From positions 32,001-96,000 of IMG/VR virus record IMGVR_UViG_3300028588_000015: a DNA stretch of 64,000 bases; one strand, 5' to 3'. The notes beneath the pieces were generated by a model. The model was not told the origin of the DNA, did no database searches, and was given only the letters and a program-made list of their open reading frames with translations. This DNA comes from a virus. Lineage: Duplodnaviria > Caudoviricetes. Below are positions 37,729 to 49,200 of the stretch, piece by piece. The translations under genes and the position numbers were made by a program. Position 1 is the stretch's first letter; each line of letters opens with the position of its first letter.

Positions 37729-39087
37729 ATGGAGATTAAAGAATCTTCGTTGTATCAAGATGTGTTAGAAGTGGTTCAGAGTGGTGTCAAGCCGGTCCAC
37801 TACTCGTGGCAGGCAACCATTCATGCAGGTGAAACCGACGTTGCGGTATTGAAGGTATCGTCTCGCGACACCCTGATGGAGTTTGACACCAAGTATGCTG
37901 AGGAGATGATGCTCACGGTTGAACTTGGTCTTGGTACGTATGCATTCCAAGTGTACCCCAACCAAGACAAACTTGATATCACATTGACGCGCTACCCTAT
38001 CGGCGAGACTGGCGACGCCGTCGATGATAGTCAAGTGGTACAGTCGGAGCGGTACACTGCCATCTTGGTCGACAAGGGAGACATCAAGTTTGAACGCAAT
38101 GGCCCCAATACCCCCAGTGAAGAAGCCCTTAACCTGACGAAACTGGTGACGCTGGAATTCCAGATGATCAACAAGACACTGGAACAATTGCGTTTGAAAA
38201 CCGTGGGACTTAACTTACGCAACGTCTTGATCGAGGACGCAGTCAAAGCAGTGATGACTTCGTTCTCACAAGACATCAAGGTTGATGAGGACCAGCGGCC
38301 GAAGGGGGTGTCCATGGTCAAAGCCTCGAATGGCAACAAAATCCCGCACGTGGTGATCCCCCACACCGGGATACGCTTACCTCAAGTCCCGGCGTATCTG
38401 CAAGAGCACTACGGTATTTACAGCGCGGGTTTGGGCTACTTCTATCACGGGGGGTATTGGCACCTGTATCCCCGTTTTAACGTAGAGCGTTACCGCGATA
38501 CGCAAAACACCACTACCATCATCAATGTTCCCCGCAATCGGTTCATGGGGACAGAGCGGACCTACAAAAAGGATGGTTCGCACTTAACGATTTTGGCCAC
38601 TAGTGAAGTCATGCTGGAGGACCGCTCTACGTCCTTGCAGCTGAACGCGGGTAATGGCGTACGCTTTGCTGACGCCAAGCGATATATGGAGGATTTTGTT
38701 ACGGTAGAAGACAACAAAATGGTTGCTTCCCGAGCACGTAACAACAGTGAGTTCATGTCAGTCGAGCGTGAAAATGGCATGAACAATGTGCGGTTCAGCA
38801 GTAAACCCATTACGTCCAATGCCTACGTTGAGTACTCCAAGTTGGCCGAGCGTAATGGCGCCTACTTCTCGATGCGGTGGGAACACTCGGACCAATCCTT
38901 GATTGTACCCGGCATGGTCGTCAAAATCCTGTACTTGGATGGCGAGGAAATCAAAACCTTGTTCGGGTCACTCGTGAAGGTTCACCATTACGACCAGATG
39001 GCAGGAGCAGGTTACACCAACACACGCTACTACAGCCATTCAGTCCTGGTGTTTTTCGTTGAGCGTTCATTGCCCGACGAGACGTAA
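37729..39087 (+). CDS. Probable baseplate hub protein (gp101-like by synteny)
   Basis: 452 aa, beta-rich; YLQEHYGIYSAGLGYFY and LIVPGMVVKI segments. Confidence 0.6.
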   Translation: MEIKESSLYQDVLEVVQSGVKPVHYSWQATIHAGETDVAVLKVSSRDTLMEFDTKYAEEMMLTVELGLGTYAFQVYPNQDKLDITLTRYPIGETGDAVDDSQVVQSERYTAILVDKGDIKFERNGPNTPSEEALNLTKLVTLEFQMINKTLEQLRLKTVGLNLRNVLIEDAVKAVMTSFSQDIKVDEDQRPKGVSMVKASNGNKIPHVVIPHTGIRLPQVPAYLQEHYGIYSAGLGYFYHGGYWHLYPRFNVERYRDTQNTTTIINVPRNRFMGTERTYKKDGSHLTILATSEVMLEDRSTSLQLNAGNGVRFADAKRYMEDFVTVEDNKMVASRARNNSEFMSVERENGMNNVRFSSKPITSNAYVEYSKLAERNGAYFSMRWEHSDQSLIVPGMVVKILYLDGEEIKTLFGSLVKVHHYDQMAGAGYTNTRYYSHSVLVFFVERSLPDET

Positions 39088-39123
39088 TAAAGGAGAGGGG
39101 AACCCCCTCTCCTTTATATGCCG
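39087..39123 (+). terminator. Terminator plus TATGCCG
   Basis: ATAAAGGAGAGGGG/CCCCTCTCCTTTAT 14-bp stem. Confidence 0.75.
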
Positions 39124-39193
39124 TGTATAAATGACCCAAGTAAAAATCTATTTTATGCCTGATTACCTTTTCCGTTCACCTTTTTTCTAAAGG

Positions 39194-39721
39194 ATGATTG
39201 ACATGCTCAATCAAGAAAAGCTTTTGGTGGCATTGAATGCTTTGAATTCTCCTCCAGAGCCACTTACGCTGGACAGTGTGACGTTCATGCCACCCGTGCC
39301 CTATATTGGCGCAGACCCATGCAATACCAAGATCAGTGTTGTCGCAAAGCCTGCAAAAGGTTATTCGAGTACGCTAGATTTTTATTACCATCGCATTAGT
39401 TTGACGGAAATGGGTAAGCTGGAGTTTTCTTCCATGCAGCCTTACACCGTCGACAATTTGTTATTGATTCTTAATAACATGAACGCGGCGCCGCTTGACA
39501 AGACTGCTGAATTGGCGCTGACCGATTTGGAAGCGATTAAGTTACCGCAGTTTGCCGCGATCGGCGACGCACAAACGCTGGCAATCAAAGCGCACTCTGA
39601 CTCGATTGGTTGGGTCGGTGAAACCGAGATGCTGCTGGCATTCAATTTGCCAGACGTGTCTCGTCTCGAAATATTGTACAATGAAATATTGCCCGCTATC
39701 TTTCCTGCGGCTTCTTCTTAA
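39194..39721 (+). CDS. Jumbo-phage tail-associated domain protein, paralog 1
   Basis: L.ALN...NTKISV.A....GY....F.YHRI.L pattern shared with 54423-54953. Confidence 0.65.
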   Translation: MIDMLNQEKLLVALNALNSPPEPLTLDSVTFMPPVPYIGADPCNTKISVVAKPAKGYSSTLDFYYHRISLTEMGKLEFSSMQPYTVDNLLLILNNMNAAPLDKTAELALTDLEAIKLPQFAAIGDAQTLAIKAHSDSIGWVGETEMLLAFNLPDVSRLEILYNEILPAIFPAASS

Positions 39722-39733
39722 AGGGATTTTTTC

Positions 39734-40204
39734 ATGTCCACCGTAACAGAAAGTATTCAGGCGATTATCGATGTCAGTGCCATTGCCGATAAATGGGCCA
39801 ATGGCTCGGCCAGTGAAACTGTGCAGACGAAAGCCGGTTCAATCAAAACATTGGCGGGGATCACTAATAGCGTTGTCGATGATTTGCTGTCGGTGCTGAG
39901 TGGCACCAGTAACTCGCAAGTCGTACTGTCAACTGGGGTCAAAACCTTTTTGACCCAACCCAATAAAGGCTTTAAAGCAGGGATGCTGATCTCGGCCACT
40001 GCGCCGGATGGCAGCTACATGTCGGGCACGGTGATCAGTTACGGCGTCAACACGCTCGTCATGAACGTTACCGCCAACAAAGGCAGCGGCACTTACAGCA
40101 GCTGGCAACTGACCTTCAGTGGACCGGCGGGTAACAGCCCTGAACCAATTCCGGACAACCTCGGTGTTGCCCCGACGTTTGTCACTAAGCTTCCTTGGGA
40201 GTGA
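39734..40204 (+). CDS. Small tail-fibre-associated protein
   Basis: 156 aa, G/S/T-rich beta protein at the head of the adhesin cluster. Confidence 0.6.
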   Translation: MSTVTESIQAIIDVSAIADKWANGSASETVQTKAGSIKTLAGITNSVVDDLLSVLSGTSNSQVVLSTGVKTFLTQPNKGFKAGMLISATAPDGSYMSGTVISYGVNTLVMNVTANKGSGTYSSWQLTFSGPAGNSPEPIPDNLGVAPTFVTKLPWE

Positions 40205-40206
40205 TT

Positions 40207-42045
40207 ATGGCCACAAATATTAAGCAAGTTACCCAAGCCCATCAGGGTGTGTTTTTCCCTCTGCGCGGCGATATGGGGATTGCTCTCGATTTTATTCCGA
40301 CAGACGGATTCGATGTGGGATTTGTTACCCACACCGATGAAGAATTCACCCTGACGAGTTCAGTTTCTCAAATCCGGCAACAAGACGGCACCCTTGCATC
40401 CGAGCTTGTAGTGGGCGGTCACGTAATGTTGTCGTTTATGTTGATTTACAACGCAGAAGACAATATCTGGGAAATCACTCTCAACAACGTGGCGGTGCAG
40501 TCTTCAAATGACAATGGTGCCACCGGCGCCGGCAATCGTCCCGAGATGCTGTTGGAACCAGATGAAACCAATACCATCACCCCCGATGGTTTGATTTCCA
40601 ATCGTTTTCGTTTTGTGATGCGATCCGATACGAAAATTGGTGACCCCATAAACTACACCAGTGCCGAACATCTTTATTTTACGGGTCACCAAGACGAAGT
40701 GGGAAATCGTAAACTGGAATTTGCTCGGTCGATGTTGCTGCTCGACGCGCTGCCGTATACTCCCCCTGCGGTACCAAAGGCGATATTCGTCATGGAAATG
40801 CGGCCCACTGTCAACGTTGACGACGGGTCGTTGAACTGGACAGTAAACGGCTCGCCTGATAAGGCATCGCGTGGTTTTGCCATGATCACTGAACTGGTAC
40901 AAATTGGTGACAAAACGTATTACACCGTTGCCAGCGCATTCGGTCCGGCGTATAACAACCTCCAAAATGGTGAAACTGCCATCATTCTCCGTAATGGCCG
41001 CGCCGCTGAAGCCACAGGCACCTTGGTGGGTACCGCAGGTGCAGTGTACTATATCTACGGCGTCCCGGTGCCCGCCAATGGCGCAGACCAACGACCGGTG
41101 CTTGAATTGTTGCAGACCGACTTTAGTTCGGGTGGTGCAAACCGACCAGCCTTCGGCAAAGCACTTCTGAACTTGGAGGGTTCTGGCACCACTTACGTAC
41201 GTGACCTGAAAGTCACCGGTGCCCGTAATGACAGCAGCGATGCACGTGGTATTTGCCACAATGATTCGGGCATGAAGTTGGTGACGAACAATGTGGAAAT
41301 TGCAAACTGCAACAACGGCATTCTGACAGGCAATGCCGCCACTTGCGGCGACACGGAAATGTACGACAGCATGATCACCAAGTGCGGTATCGGCGGTCCA
41401 GCGCCCGATGACCCAGCGCATGGCTATACCACAGTTGGTTTTACGCACAGCGTCTATTTCGGACATAACCCATCCACTGTCAGGATGGCTCGAGTATCGT
41501 TGCTCGACGCTGTCCAAGGCAACAATCTGAAGTGCCGCAGTGCCAGACTGTATGCCACCCAGATCGTCTGTACTGGCGCCAGTTTGGGTCGTGAGTTGGA
41601 ACTCCCTAACGGTGGCTGGGCAGAAATCGACAATTCGATTTTCTGGAAAAAGAATCAAGAAGGCACCGGTAACCTGGCCATGGTTGGTGGTAACGGGCAA
41701 GGCGTGAATATGGGTGAAGGCTTGGACACGACGCGTCCCCGCAAATACAAGTTCACCAACGTTCTGTTCCGCAGCGATTACGTCCTCAATGGCCGCGATG
41801 GCATGTTGGTGTGTAACCTCGATCATGAAGTGCCTCTCGAATTTATCGACTGCGACTTTCAAGGTCCAGCTGTTACCAACAACAGCAATGACCCGAATGA
41901 ACAACCCCTGTACGCTGGTACGACCACGGTAAATGGCATTCGTTACAAACCGAGCGCACCACCGGTGTACACTTACACGGGGGGTCCTATCGGCCCAGTG
42001 TTGACGCCAGGCGCTACTGTCCTTCCAATGACCCCGATTAACTGA
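40207..42045 (+). CDS. Tailspike-like protein with a right-handed beta-helix (pectate-lyase-like) domain
   Basis: NNVEIANCNNGILTGN, HSVYFGH, NNLKCRS and ELELPNGG repeats; N-terminal PLRGDM domain shared with the next gene. Confidence 0.7.
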   Translation: MATNIKQVTQAHQGVFFPLRGDMGIALDFIPTDGFDVGFVTHTDEEFTLTSSVSQIRQQDGTLASELVVGGHVMLSFMLIYNAEDNIWEITLNNVAVQSSNDNGATGAGNRPEMLLEPDETNTITPDGLISNRFRFVMRSDTKIGDPINYTSAEHLYFTGHQDEVGNRKLEFARSMLLLDALPYTPPAVPKAIFVMEMRPTVNVDDGSLNWTVNGSPDKASRGFAMITELVQIGDKTYYTVASAFGPAYNNLQNGETAIILRNGRAAEATGTLVGTAGAVYYIYGVPVPANGADQRPVLELLQTDFSSGGANRPAFGKALLNLEGSGTTYVRDLKVTGARNDSSDARGICHNDSGMKLVTNNVEIANCNNGILTGNAATCGDTEMYDSMITKCGIGGPAPDDPAHGYTTVGFTHSVYFGHNPSTVRMARVSLLDAVQGNNLKCRSARLYATQIVCTGASLGRELELPNGGWAEIDNSIFWKKNQEGTGNLAMVGGNGQGVNMGEGLDTTRPRKYKFTNVLFRSDYVLNGRDGMLVCNLDHEVPLEFIDCDFQGPAVTNNSNDPNEQPLYAGTTTVNGIRYKPSAPPVYTYTGGPIGPVLTPGATVLPMTPIN

Positions 42046-42091
42046 TCCACACTGGGTACGTCAATGTACCCAGTGTGTTTGGAGTGTATAC

Positions 42092-43477
42092 ATGGCACAA
42101 AACACATACGCAGTGACTGCGACTGACAATCAAAAGCGCATTCCCTTGCGTGGCGATATGGATGTTGCATTGAACACCGAGCAATTGCCCACTTTCATGG
42201 TGCAATTTATCACGTCTGACTTTGGTTTTTTCAAGTTCAAAACCACCCTCGGTATCCTGGATTTCGCGGGCAATGTTGTCAGTGAAATTTCCATTGGTGG
42301 GCGCCCCAATACCTACGTGGAGCTGATGTACGACGCCAGTAAATCACTGTGGCGCATTACTGGATCGAACGTTCCTGTCCCACGACGTTTCGCCCCTAAA
42401 TATCCGTGGGAACTCGATATTCTCGCGTCGGTCACGCTGACCGCCACACCGCTTTCCCGCGCGACGGCCGGGGATATTGTGTTGCGGGCAAATGTATTTT
42501 CCTTACTGCCAATTGCCAAGGTCGAATTCTTCTGCGATAACCTGTTGATTGACACGGATGTTTTGCCGCCGTACACGGGCAAGGACACCGTCAATTATAC
42601 CCACAACGGCAACCGTGTCTATACCGCAAAGGTTACAACCTTGCTCGGCATCACGGCTACCAGTGATCCGGTGATTGTGACGGTGAACATTGCAGCGCCA
42701 CCGGTGCCCGATACCACACCGCCCACTGTGGCCTTGAGTGCATCGCGCACAAGTGTTACGAGCGCTGGCACGGTCAAACTGACTGCGACGGCGAGTGATG
42801 ACCGAGCAGTGAGCCGCGTTGAGATCCTGCGGGGCGCTGCGGTGGTGGCCAATCTTACAGCGCCACCCTACACGCTGGACCAACTGTTCTCTTTGGCTGA
42901 GAATGGCACCATCAGCTACAGCGCACGTGCGTACGATGCGGCCAACAATGTCGGGCAAAGTAATGTTGTCGACGTCGTGGTCAACATTGCGCCGCCGGTT
43001 CAAGTGACGCAGATGGTGATCGACCCTGTGACTTTGGCCGAGATGTCAACCGCAGCCCTTGCGACAGCACTGGGTCCTAATCGTACTGAACGCCGTGCGG
43101 CAGTGGCCCAAGCCGTGATCGATGCATTCAAGCCGACTTATGTTCTCTATGTCTATCGCAATGGCGCTACCGTCTTTACCGTCCAGTTTGACAGCAGCTT
43201 GACCGTGGTAACCGAAGGCGTGGGTACGAATGCCGAAGTCTATATTGGCCTTGGCGACATCGTCAGCGGCCAGGCGGCCGTTGCTGCGGATATTAACACC
43301 GGCGCGTGGACGTTCTTGCTCGCTGGCGGTGCCGATGCCCAGCGCACCATCGCAGGTACGGTGGGTCCTGACGGGTCCGGCAAGAACATCACCCTGAGTG
43401 GGTCACCGTTTGTGGGTCAGGAATTTGACGCCACCGTGATGTTCCGGATCGATCGTTCCACTGACGGCCTGGCGTAA
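42092..43477 (+). CDS. Modular protein with two bacterial Ig-like (Big_7-type) domains
   Basis: DTTPPTVALSA...TATASDDRAVSRVEI...APPYT...SARAYDAANNVGQS plus a second copy; PLRGDM N-terminal domain. Confidence 0.75.
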   Translation: MAQNTYAVTATDNQKRIPLRGDMDVALNTEQLPTFMVQFITSDFGFFKFKTTLGILDFAGNVVSEISIGGRPNTYVELMYDASKSLWRITGSNVPVPRRFAPKYPWELDILASVTLTATPLSRATAGDIVLRANVFSLLPIAKVEFFCDNLLIDTDVLPPYTGKDTVNYTHNGNRVYTAKVTTLLGITATSDPVIVTVNIAAPPVPDTTPPTVALSASRTSVTSAGTVKLTATASDDRAVSRVEILRGAAVVANLTAPPYTLDQLFSLAENGTISYSARAYDAANNVGQSNVVDVVVNIAPPVQVTQMVIDPVTLAEMSTAALATALGPNRTERRAAVAQAVIDAFKPTYVLYVYRNGATVFTVQFDSSLTVVTEGVGTNAEVYIGLGDIVSGQAAVAADINTGAWTFLLAGGADAQRTIAGTVGPDGSGKNITLSGSPFVGQEFDATVMFRIDRSTDGLA

Positions 43478-43501
43478 CGCTTACCAAAAAAAGGATTGTT
43501 C

Positions 43502-46135
43502 ATGACCATCAAGACTGACCGCGTAACCTCCAATGAGTTGCGCAAAATTCCCACCCAGAAAGGGCAAGCCGAACACCTTGCCCAAGTGTTCGGTAACAGC
43601 CGTGTCTTTGTTATCCGCCAAGATACTTCTCCAACCGCCAAGTTTCCGATGCTGACTGGCGTCGAGAAAATCAACATCACCAACACGGGCGCCCTCGAAA
43701 TTAAAGCGGGCGCAGTATCGAACTTCGGCGTGCTGGCCACTGTCAACAAGTTTACCGCATTCGACGTCAGTGTCGGTAAAAGTGTGTTGCGTGTCTCGGG
43801 CAATGGCCGCTTTTATCAAGGCACGATTGGCACCACGCCCGATTGTGACTTTGTGGTGCCATTCAAGAACTTCGACCCAACCAACGGTTTGGCGTTTGAC
43901 GAAAGCGCTACACTCAGTGCTTACATGTACCGACCTTCAGGTACCGGTACACCGGCGCCTGATCGTACCGACGACATGGCGTACTCAGTCGAAATCTACA
44001 ACCACAGTCAAGGCGGTAAGGTCACACTTGACTGCACACTGACGATCGACACACGCGATGAAAACGTCGTGTTCGAAGACAAGGATCAAGCCCGTAACAT
44101 CGGCGACACCGCCATGTACCGCACATCGCAGGATGTGCAGTGGGGCAAGGTCGGCGTAGGGGCTACGCTGCTCATTTCTGACAAAAGCAACAGCGAGTCG
44201 GGTTTGGCGCCCTTGCAAGAACTCATTATCAATTTCGCCCGCAATGGTGCTTGGGTGTCCTACCCATTCACCACCACGTACCTGCGCAACCTGATGACCA
44301 TGACCTTGCCGCCGTTCAAGGCTATTTTGCGCAATCGGCGTGGTGAAATTCTCAACATCTTCCAGATGCACGGTGGCGAGGCCATTAACGATATGGCGTT
44401 GTTTTCGGGTAATCTTGCCCACGGCGGCCGTACCGAAGTGCGCCCCCTTCAGCCGCGTTTCAATTGCGCAATGGCTTTGTTCTGGGAAAGCGATCGGCCG
44501 GCACTGAATGACATGTACGACACGTACATGCCTGGGTTGGATCAATTCCGTGAATCGATGTGCAAAAACCAGTCGAGTTTTACGGAAACTGAACCATTGA
44601 TCACCGGTGGTTATGGCGGTAACTCGCTCAATGGCTCGAACCACATGTACTATGCAGGCCGTTGGCCAGAAGCCAATGTTTACAAACTAATCAATGACCC
44701 GTTCCTGGATGATTTCATGAACTCCAACGGTAGCTCAGCCTACCGCGCCGGTTGGATTAAAGGGTACGATGGCTCTGAACCTGGTGCGTATGCCGGCAGC
44801 AACTGGTACACGTCCCCTGGCGGTCCGCGTCCAGACCGATCGGTGTACCCATCGGTACTGGCCCTGTGGTTGGACAACCTCAATGGTGTACGCACACAAG
44901 ACAATGTCCCCTACAAGGACATGGCGCATGGTTTCTATCGTGGACTGTATAACCACAGCAACCATTTCATGAATAACGCCAGTACCATGGAAGGCATCAA
45001 CAAGAACGATTTGTTGTATGACCGCGTCACGGCTGAAAATACCTACTACGGCAACGATCCGCGTTCAATCGGGGTATCGTTCAATGGCGACCAGCGCGAT
45101 GGCACCGGTTCCTGGAATATGGACATCGATGGCGACATGATCATGTCCGGTTGGGCCCGCGATCCACTGCACGATCACGCACAGCGCGGTATGTTTGGTA
45201 TGCATGTCCGTAGTCCGGCATATGCACTCTGGGGGCGCTTTGACACCATGAGCGCCATGATGCTGCACCAGTTCCCTGAAACGGGTGTGCGGGGTCAATA
45301 CATGATCCGTACCATGGCTTGGCAGTGGTTCCAAATGCTGGTGGCGTGGAAGAATGCTACCAAACATGCCCGTGGTTTCTCGCGTGCTGAAATGGAAGCG
45401 TATTGGGTGCGGATGCTCGAAGGGGTGTACAAATACCATTACAAACCCGTTCACATCGACATGGAAGACTCGGGTTATGCACGCGGTGTTCGTAACCTCG
45501 GTATTGCCCTGCGTCAGCATGACAATGGCTATGGTTGGGCTGACCCGGGCGGTAAGCTCGGTTATTACATGGCATGGACGCTGCAACTCATGAAGCAAAC
45601 CGGCCTCTGGCATACCTTGATCGCCAAGAACGAGCGTTGCTCGCTGGCTTTGCATGGGCTGGTGCGCGACATGGACACCCATTGCTTCGGTCTGATGACG
45701 CAAGCCAATGGCGCTGTCCCTGGCAATTACCTGTACATCCCTGGTTGGCCGTCATTGGATGTGATTCCCGTGAGCTGGCCGGCATGGTATGCAGAGCACC
45801 TCAAAGACCCGGTGGGTGACAATGACTGGATCTACCGAAGCGGGTATAACGACGATGGTAGTGAGTACCACCGCCGCTACGAACCGAACCAAGATATTGC
45901 GTGGAACCACTTCGAGGCATATGCACGGATGCGCAAAAACTTCTTCCCGGAAATCGTGCACCCGCTGATGGACCAAGCGATCTCGGAATTCGATCGTTAC
46001 CGTGCAGATGTTACCGGTCGCGTCAACGCGGCTGCCACACCCACCGAGAAGCGAAACATGGACTACCCGTTCCGCTCAGCCGGGATTTGCCCGGTCAAGC
46101 CACCGGCACCCGGTAAGTTACGCATGCAGGCATAG
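43502..46135 (+). CDS. Large protein of unknown function in the adhesin cluster, possibly carbohydrate-active
   Basis: 877 aa, rich in W/Y/D/N/H, helical C-terminal half; the N-terminus resembles the C-terminal domain of the previous gene. Confidence 0.65.
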   Translation: MTIKTDRVTSNELRKIPTQKGQAEHLAQVFGNSRVFVIRQDTSPTAKFPMLTGVEKINITNTGALEIKAGAVSNFGVLATVNKFTAFDVSVGKSVLRVSGNGRFYQGTIGTTPDCDFVVPFKNFDPTNGLAFDESATLSAYMYRPSGTGTPAPDRTDDMAYSVEIYNHSQGGKVTLDCTLTIDTRDENVVFEDKDQARNIGDTAMYRTSQDVQWGKVGVGATLLISDKSNSESGLAPLQELIINFARNGAWVSYPFTTTYLRNLMTMTLPPFKAILRNRRGEILNIFQMHGGEAINDMALFSGNLAHGGRTEVRPLQPRFNCAMALFWESDRPALNDMYDTYMPGLDQFRESMCKNQSSFTETEPLITGGYGGNSLNGSNHMYYAGRWPEANVYKLINDPFLDDFMNSNGSSAYRAGWIKGYDGSEPGAYAGSNWYTSPGGPRPDRSVYPSVLALWLDNLNGVRTQDNVPYKDMAHGFYRGLYNHSNHFMNNASTMEGINKNDLLYDRVTAENTYYGNDPRSIGVSFNGDQRDGTGSWNMDIDGDMIMSGWARDPLHDHAQRGMFGMHVRSPAYALWGRFDTMSAMMLHQFPETGVRGQYMIRTMAWQWFQMLVAWKNATKHARGFSRAEMEAYWVRMLEGVYKYHYKPVHIDMEDSGYARGVRNLGIALRQHDNGYGWADPGGKLGYYMAWTLQLMKQTGLWHTLIAKNERCSLALHGLVRDMDTHCFGLMTQANGAVPGNYLYIPGWPSLDVIPVSWPAWYAEHLKDPVGDNDWIYRSGYNDDGSEYHRRYEPNQDIAWNHFEAYARMRKNFFPEIVHPLMDQAISEFDRYRADVTGRVNAAATPTEKRNMDYPFRSAGICPVKPPAPGKLRMQA

Positions 46136-46211
46136 CTGAATCAACAGCGCCAAGGCGGCTATTGTTCGCCGCCTTGGCTTTTTAAAGAATATATTAACGA
46201 GGCATAAACAC

Positions 46212-49200
46212 ATGAGCGATCCTGTATACAGCACACCAATGGGTGATCCGACTCGTTTGCGTGAGTTGGTGAAGGTGGTAGAAAGTGGCGCCGCCCCGAC
46301 CTGGGTGTATACGCCTGACAGTGGTGCGGATGCACCGGCCTACGGTCAGGGTGGACTTTTCCCAAGTTTTATCAAGGCCGGCACCGATGGCTCCATCGCG
46401 GTGCGCTTCACCGGTTTTCAAAACGCCACCATTGCGTTCATTTCCGACAAGACCAAGCGTTGGGATGGTGCGACGCCGTGGCGGATCGATACGTACCAAG
46501 CGGGGCACGCCTATAAGCCTGTACTGTACGGTAACTATCTGACCGATGGCCCAAATGTCAATGCGGAAGGCGGCGACATCGTACAAATGCGCCGCACCGG
46601 CACGACGGTTTATGCAGAAGTGTCGAAAGACAATGGCGCCACCTGGATCAACATTTACACTTGGCCGAATGTTGATCCGGACATGGATCTGTACGGTGAA
46701 GTGGGCGTGTTCTATTGGATGAGCCGCGCTGAGGGGGTATGGGCCAAAGGCTTGGATTCCCAAGTCAATCCAGTCGCGCCCACGCCCCCTGTGCTTGCTT
46801 CGGCCATTGCCTCAAACGTCGCCGGCATGGGACGGGTGGTGCTCAATTTCAATGAACCCATCGACAAGAGCAAGATTCCGGACAAGTCGGCGTTCAGTGT
46901 ATCAGGGCATACCGTCGCTGCGGCTACGAATATGGCAAGCTTGGCAAACGCTATCGCTCTCGACGTCACGGGTTTGATTGCCTTGGGTGAGGTTGTCACG
47001 GTCACCTACGTTGCGCCAGCCACCAACAGCATTATCGACCTCGACGGCACGCCCGGTAACAGCTTTGGCCCAGTGGTGGCAATCAATAACGTACCGCGCC
47101 CGCTTGGTGTTCGCCGACGCCTCGGTTATGTGCCGCCCGGTATCGCAGAAGGCGGGGTGGCGCCAAATTGGACCTATGCCAATACCGATGGCAATTACAC
47201 GACCTGGGCCAACACTGCCCAGGCACTGAATCGCATGCCAGCAGGTCGCGATGGATCGTTCGAACTTGTCATTGGCAACTACGCCAATGGTTCGTTCATT
47301 GGCCTCACGGCAAGTTCCCAAGTCAACACGCTCCCTGAATATTCTCTGAATATTTACCAGTTCGGCTACCCCTACACACTGTCTGCCGGTAGCGATGCGG
47401 CAGCAGTTGCTGTTTTGGCGGCGCCCGGCGATATCTGTCGTATGCGTCGTTTGGGTAACCGCATTTATGCAGAAGTGTCGAAAGACAATGGCGACAGTTA
47501 CACGGTGGTTGGCACCTGGTCGAACACACCCCAAGTTGATCTGTACGGCGAAGTTTCGTTGGCCTTCAATACGAACATCAGTGCAGTTTATAGCACTGGT
47601 TTCGTGGCAGCGACGGCTTACGACGTGTTTGTCGATAAAGCCCGAGACTTGGATCTGCGCGGAAAAAGCTGGACAGCAGAACAAGTCAGTTATCTGAACA
47701 CTTCGGTTGCCACCTTGGCGCCGGATGGCAGTGGCGGGTTGTACAAGCAATCCAATGCAGCCACCCTCGGTCTGGCGTGGACGCAGCGTAACGAGGACGC
47801 TGGTTCGGCGGTTTTCTTCACGCACGATGGCGGTAGTTACGCTGCCATTCCGCAATTGGTGGTGGCCAGCAACTTGCTGGAAACTTATACCGACGGTATC
47901 CGATGCTCGTTCACTGACGGTGGATTCTTGCTGGAAGAAATCACCAATGGTGCCGTAGGCGCCATGGTTTCCAATACGCTCGCCTTGGTGGCGGGCGAAA
48001 AGTATTGTTTGGAAATTGGCCAAGCCGATACGGTCAGTGACAAAGATTTTGTTTTGCGTATCAGCACCGTGGTCGCAGGTGAGCGCGGTTTGCTGGTGGC
48101 ATACGCCTTGCTCAATGCGCGAAACGCTCATCCGGGTAAGAACGCAGGGCTGCTGTCGAGCGCGGTCGATAGCGCTTTCGATACCGTCACGCGGATCGAA
48201 ACGCTGGCGCAGACAATCCCCGTGCGGATGGTCCCATCAAAGCTGCTCATCGAGGCGGCCTCGAATCAAGTGACGCAAGGATTTTCGCAACGTTTGACGG
48301 TACGGACTGACCAGTCTCTGGCGGCTTTTGAAAGCGTGGAAGTCAATATCACCGACAACGCTGGTGGCCAATTTGATGTGGCCAACTTCACGCTCTCGGG
48401 TACCAACCAGCTCCAGCAGGTTAACTGGCGGCCGAGCAACGTGATCGGTGCCCGTACGCTCACGGCCCAGCAAGTCACCGGTCTTGACGTGGACGACGGT
48501 TCGCTGCATTTCGAAGTGACCGTACCGATTCCGGCCAGCGCACTTGTTTACACCGGCGAAAAGGAAGTCGAACTAGGAAAGACGCTGAAGTTTGTGCTGT
48601 CTACCAACCAGCCACTGCTGGTGGGCGACACCGAAGCCTACACCGTGTCCCTCGTCGGTACTGGCAGTGTGGCACCAATGTCCGGTACCCTGAACAATGG
48701 GGACCTCAGTCAGGAACTGGAATTCACACCGCAAACGGTGGGTGTGACGAAGATTAAGTTCACCCCCATGGGTTCGCCTGTCCTTCCGGCCTTGGAAGTG
48801 CAAGTGACGGTGAAGCCCCGTTCACCGACGTTTGTCAAGGGTATCAACGTCTACGAAGTCGGCATTGGTCACCAGTTTGCAACTGCCAAACAGGCGTCCG
48901 CCTACATCGCCGACAAGAAGTTGGTCGATACCCAGGCAAAAGTCTATTTTGAGTACTACGGTGATCATTATTTTGATACCGACTTTGTTGCGGGTAACAC
49001 CAGCCAAGAGTACAACATCACTCACCGGCCGGCTGCGGGTGAAGGTTACCTGGACAAAGCTACTTCAGGTTTGTTCCATTATCCGGATGCTGGTACTGAG
49101 TTAACCTTCCCGGGTTCGTATGTCACTCTGCAACGCGGCACGGTGATGGAAAACTTCCGGATGAAGTTTGAAAACAATACGACACTGCTGTTCTCGCCCA

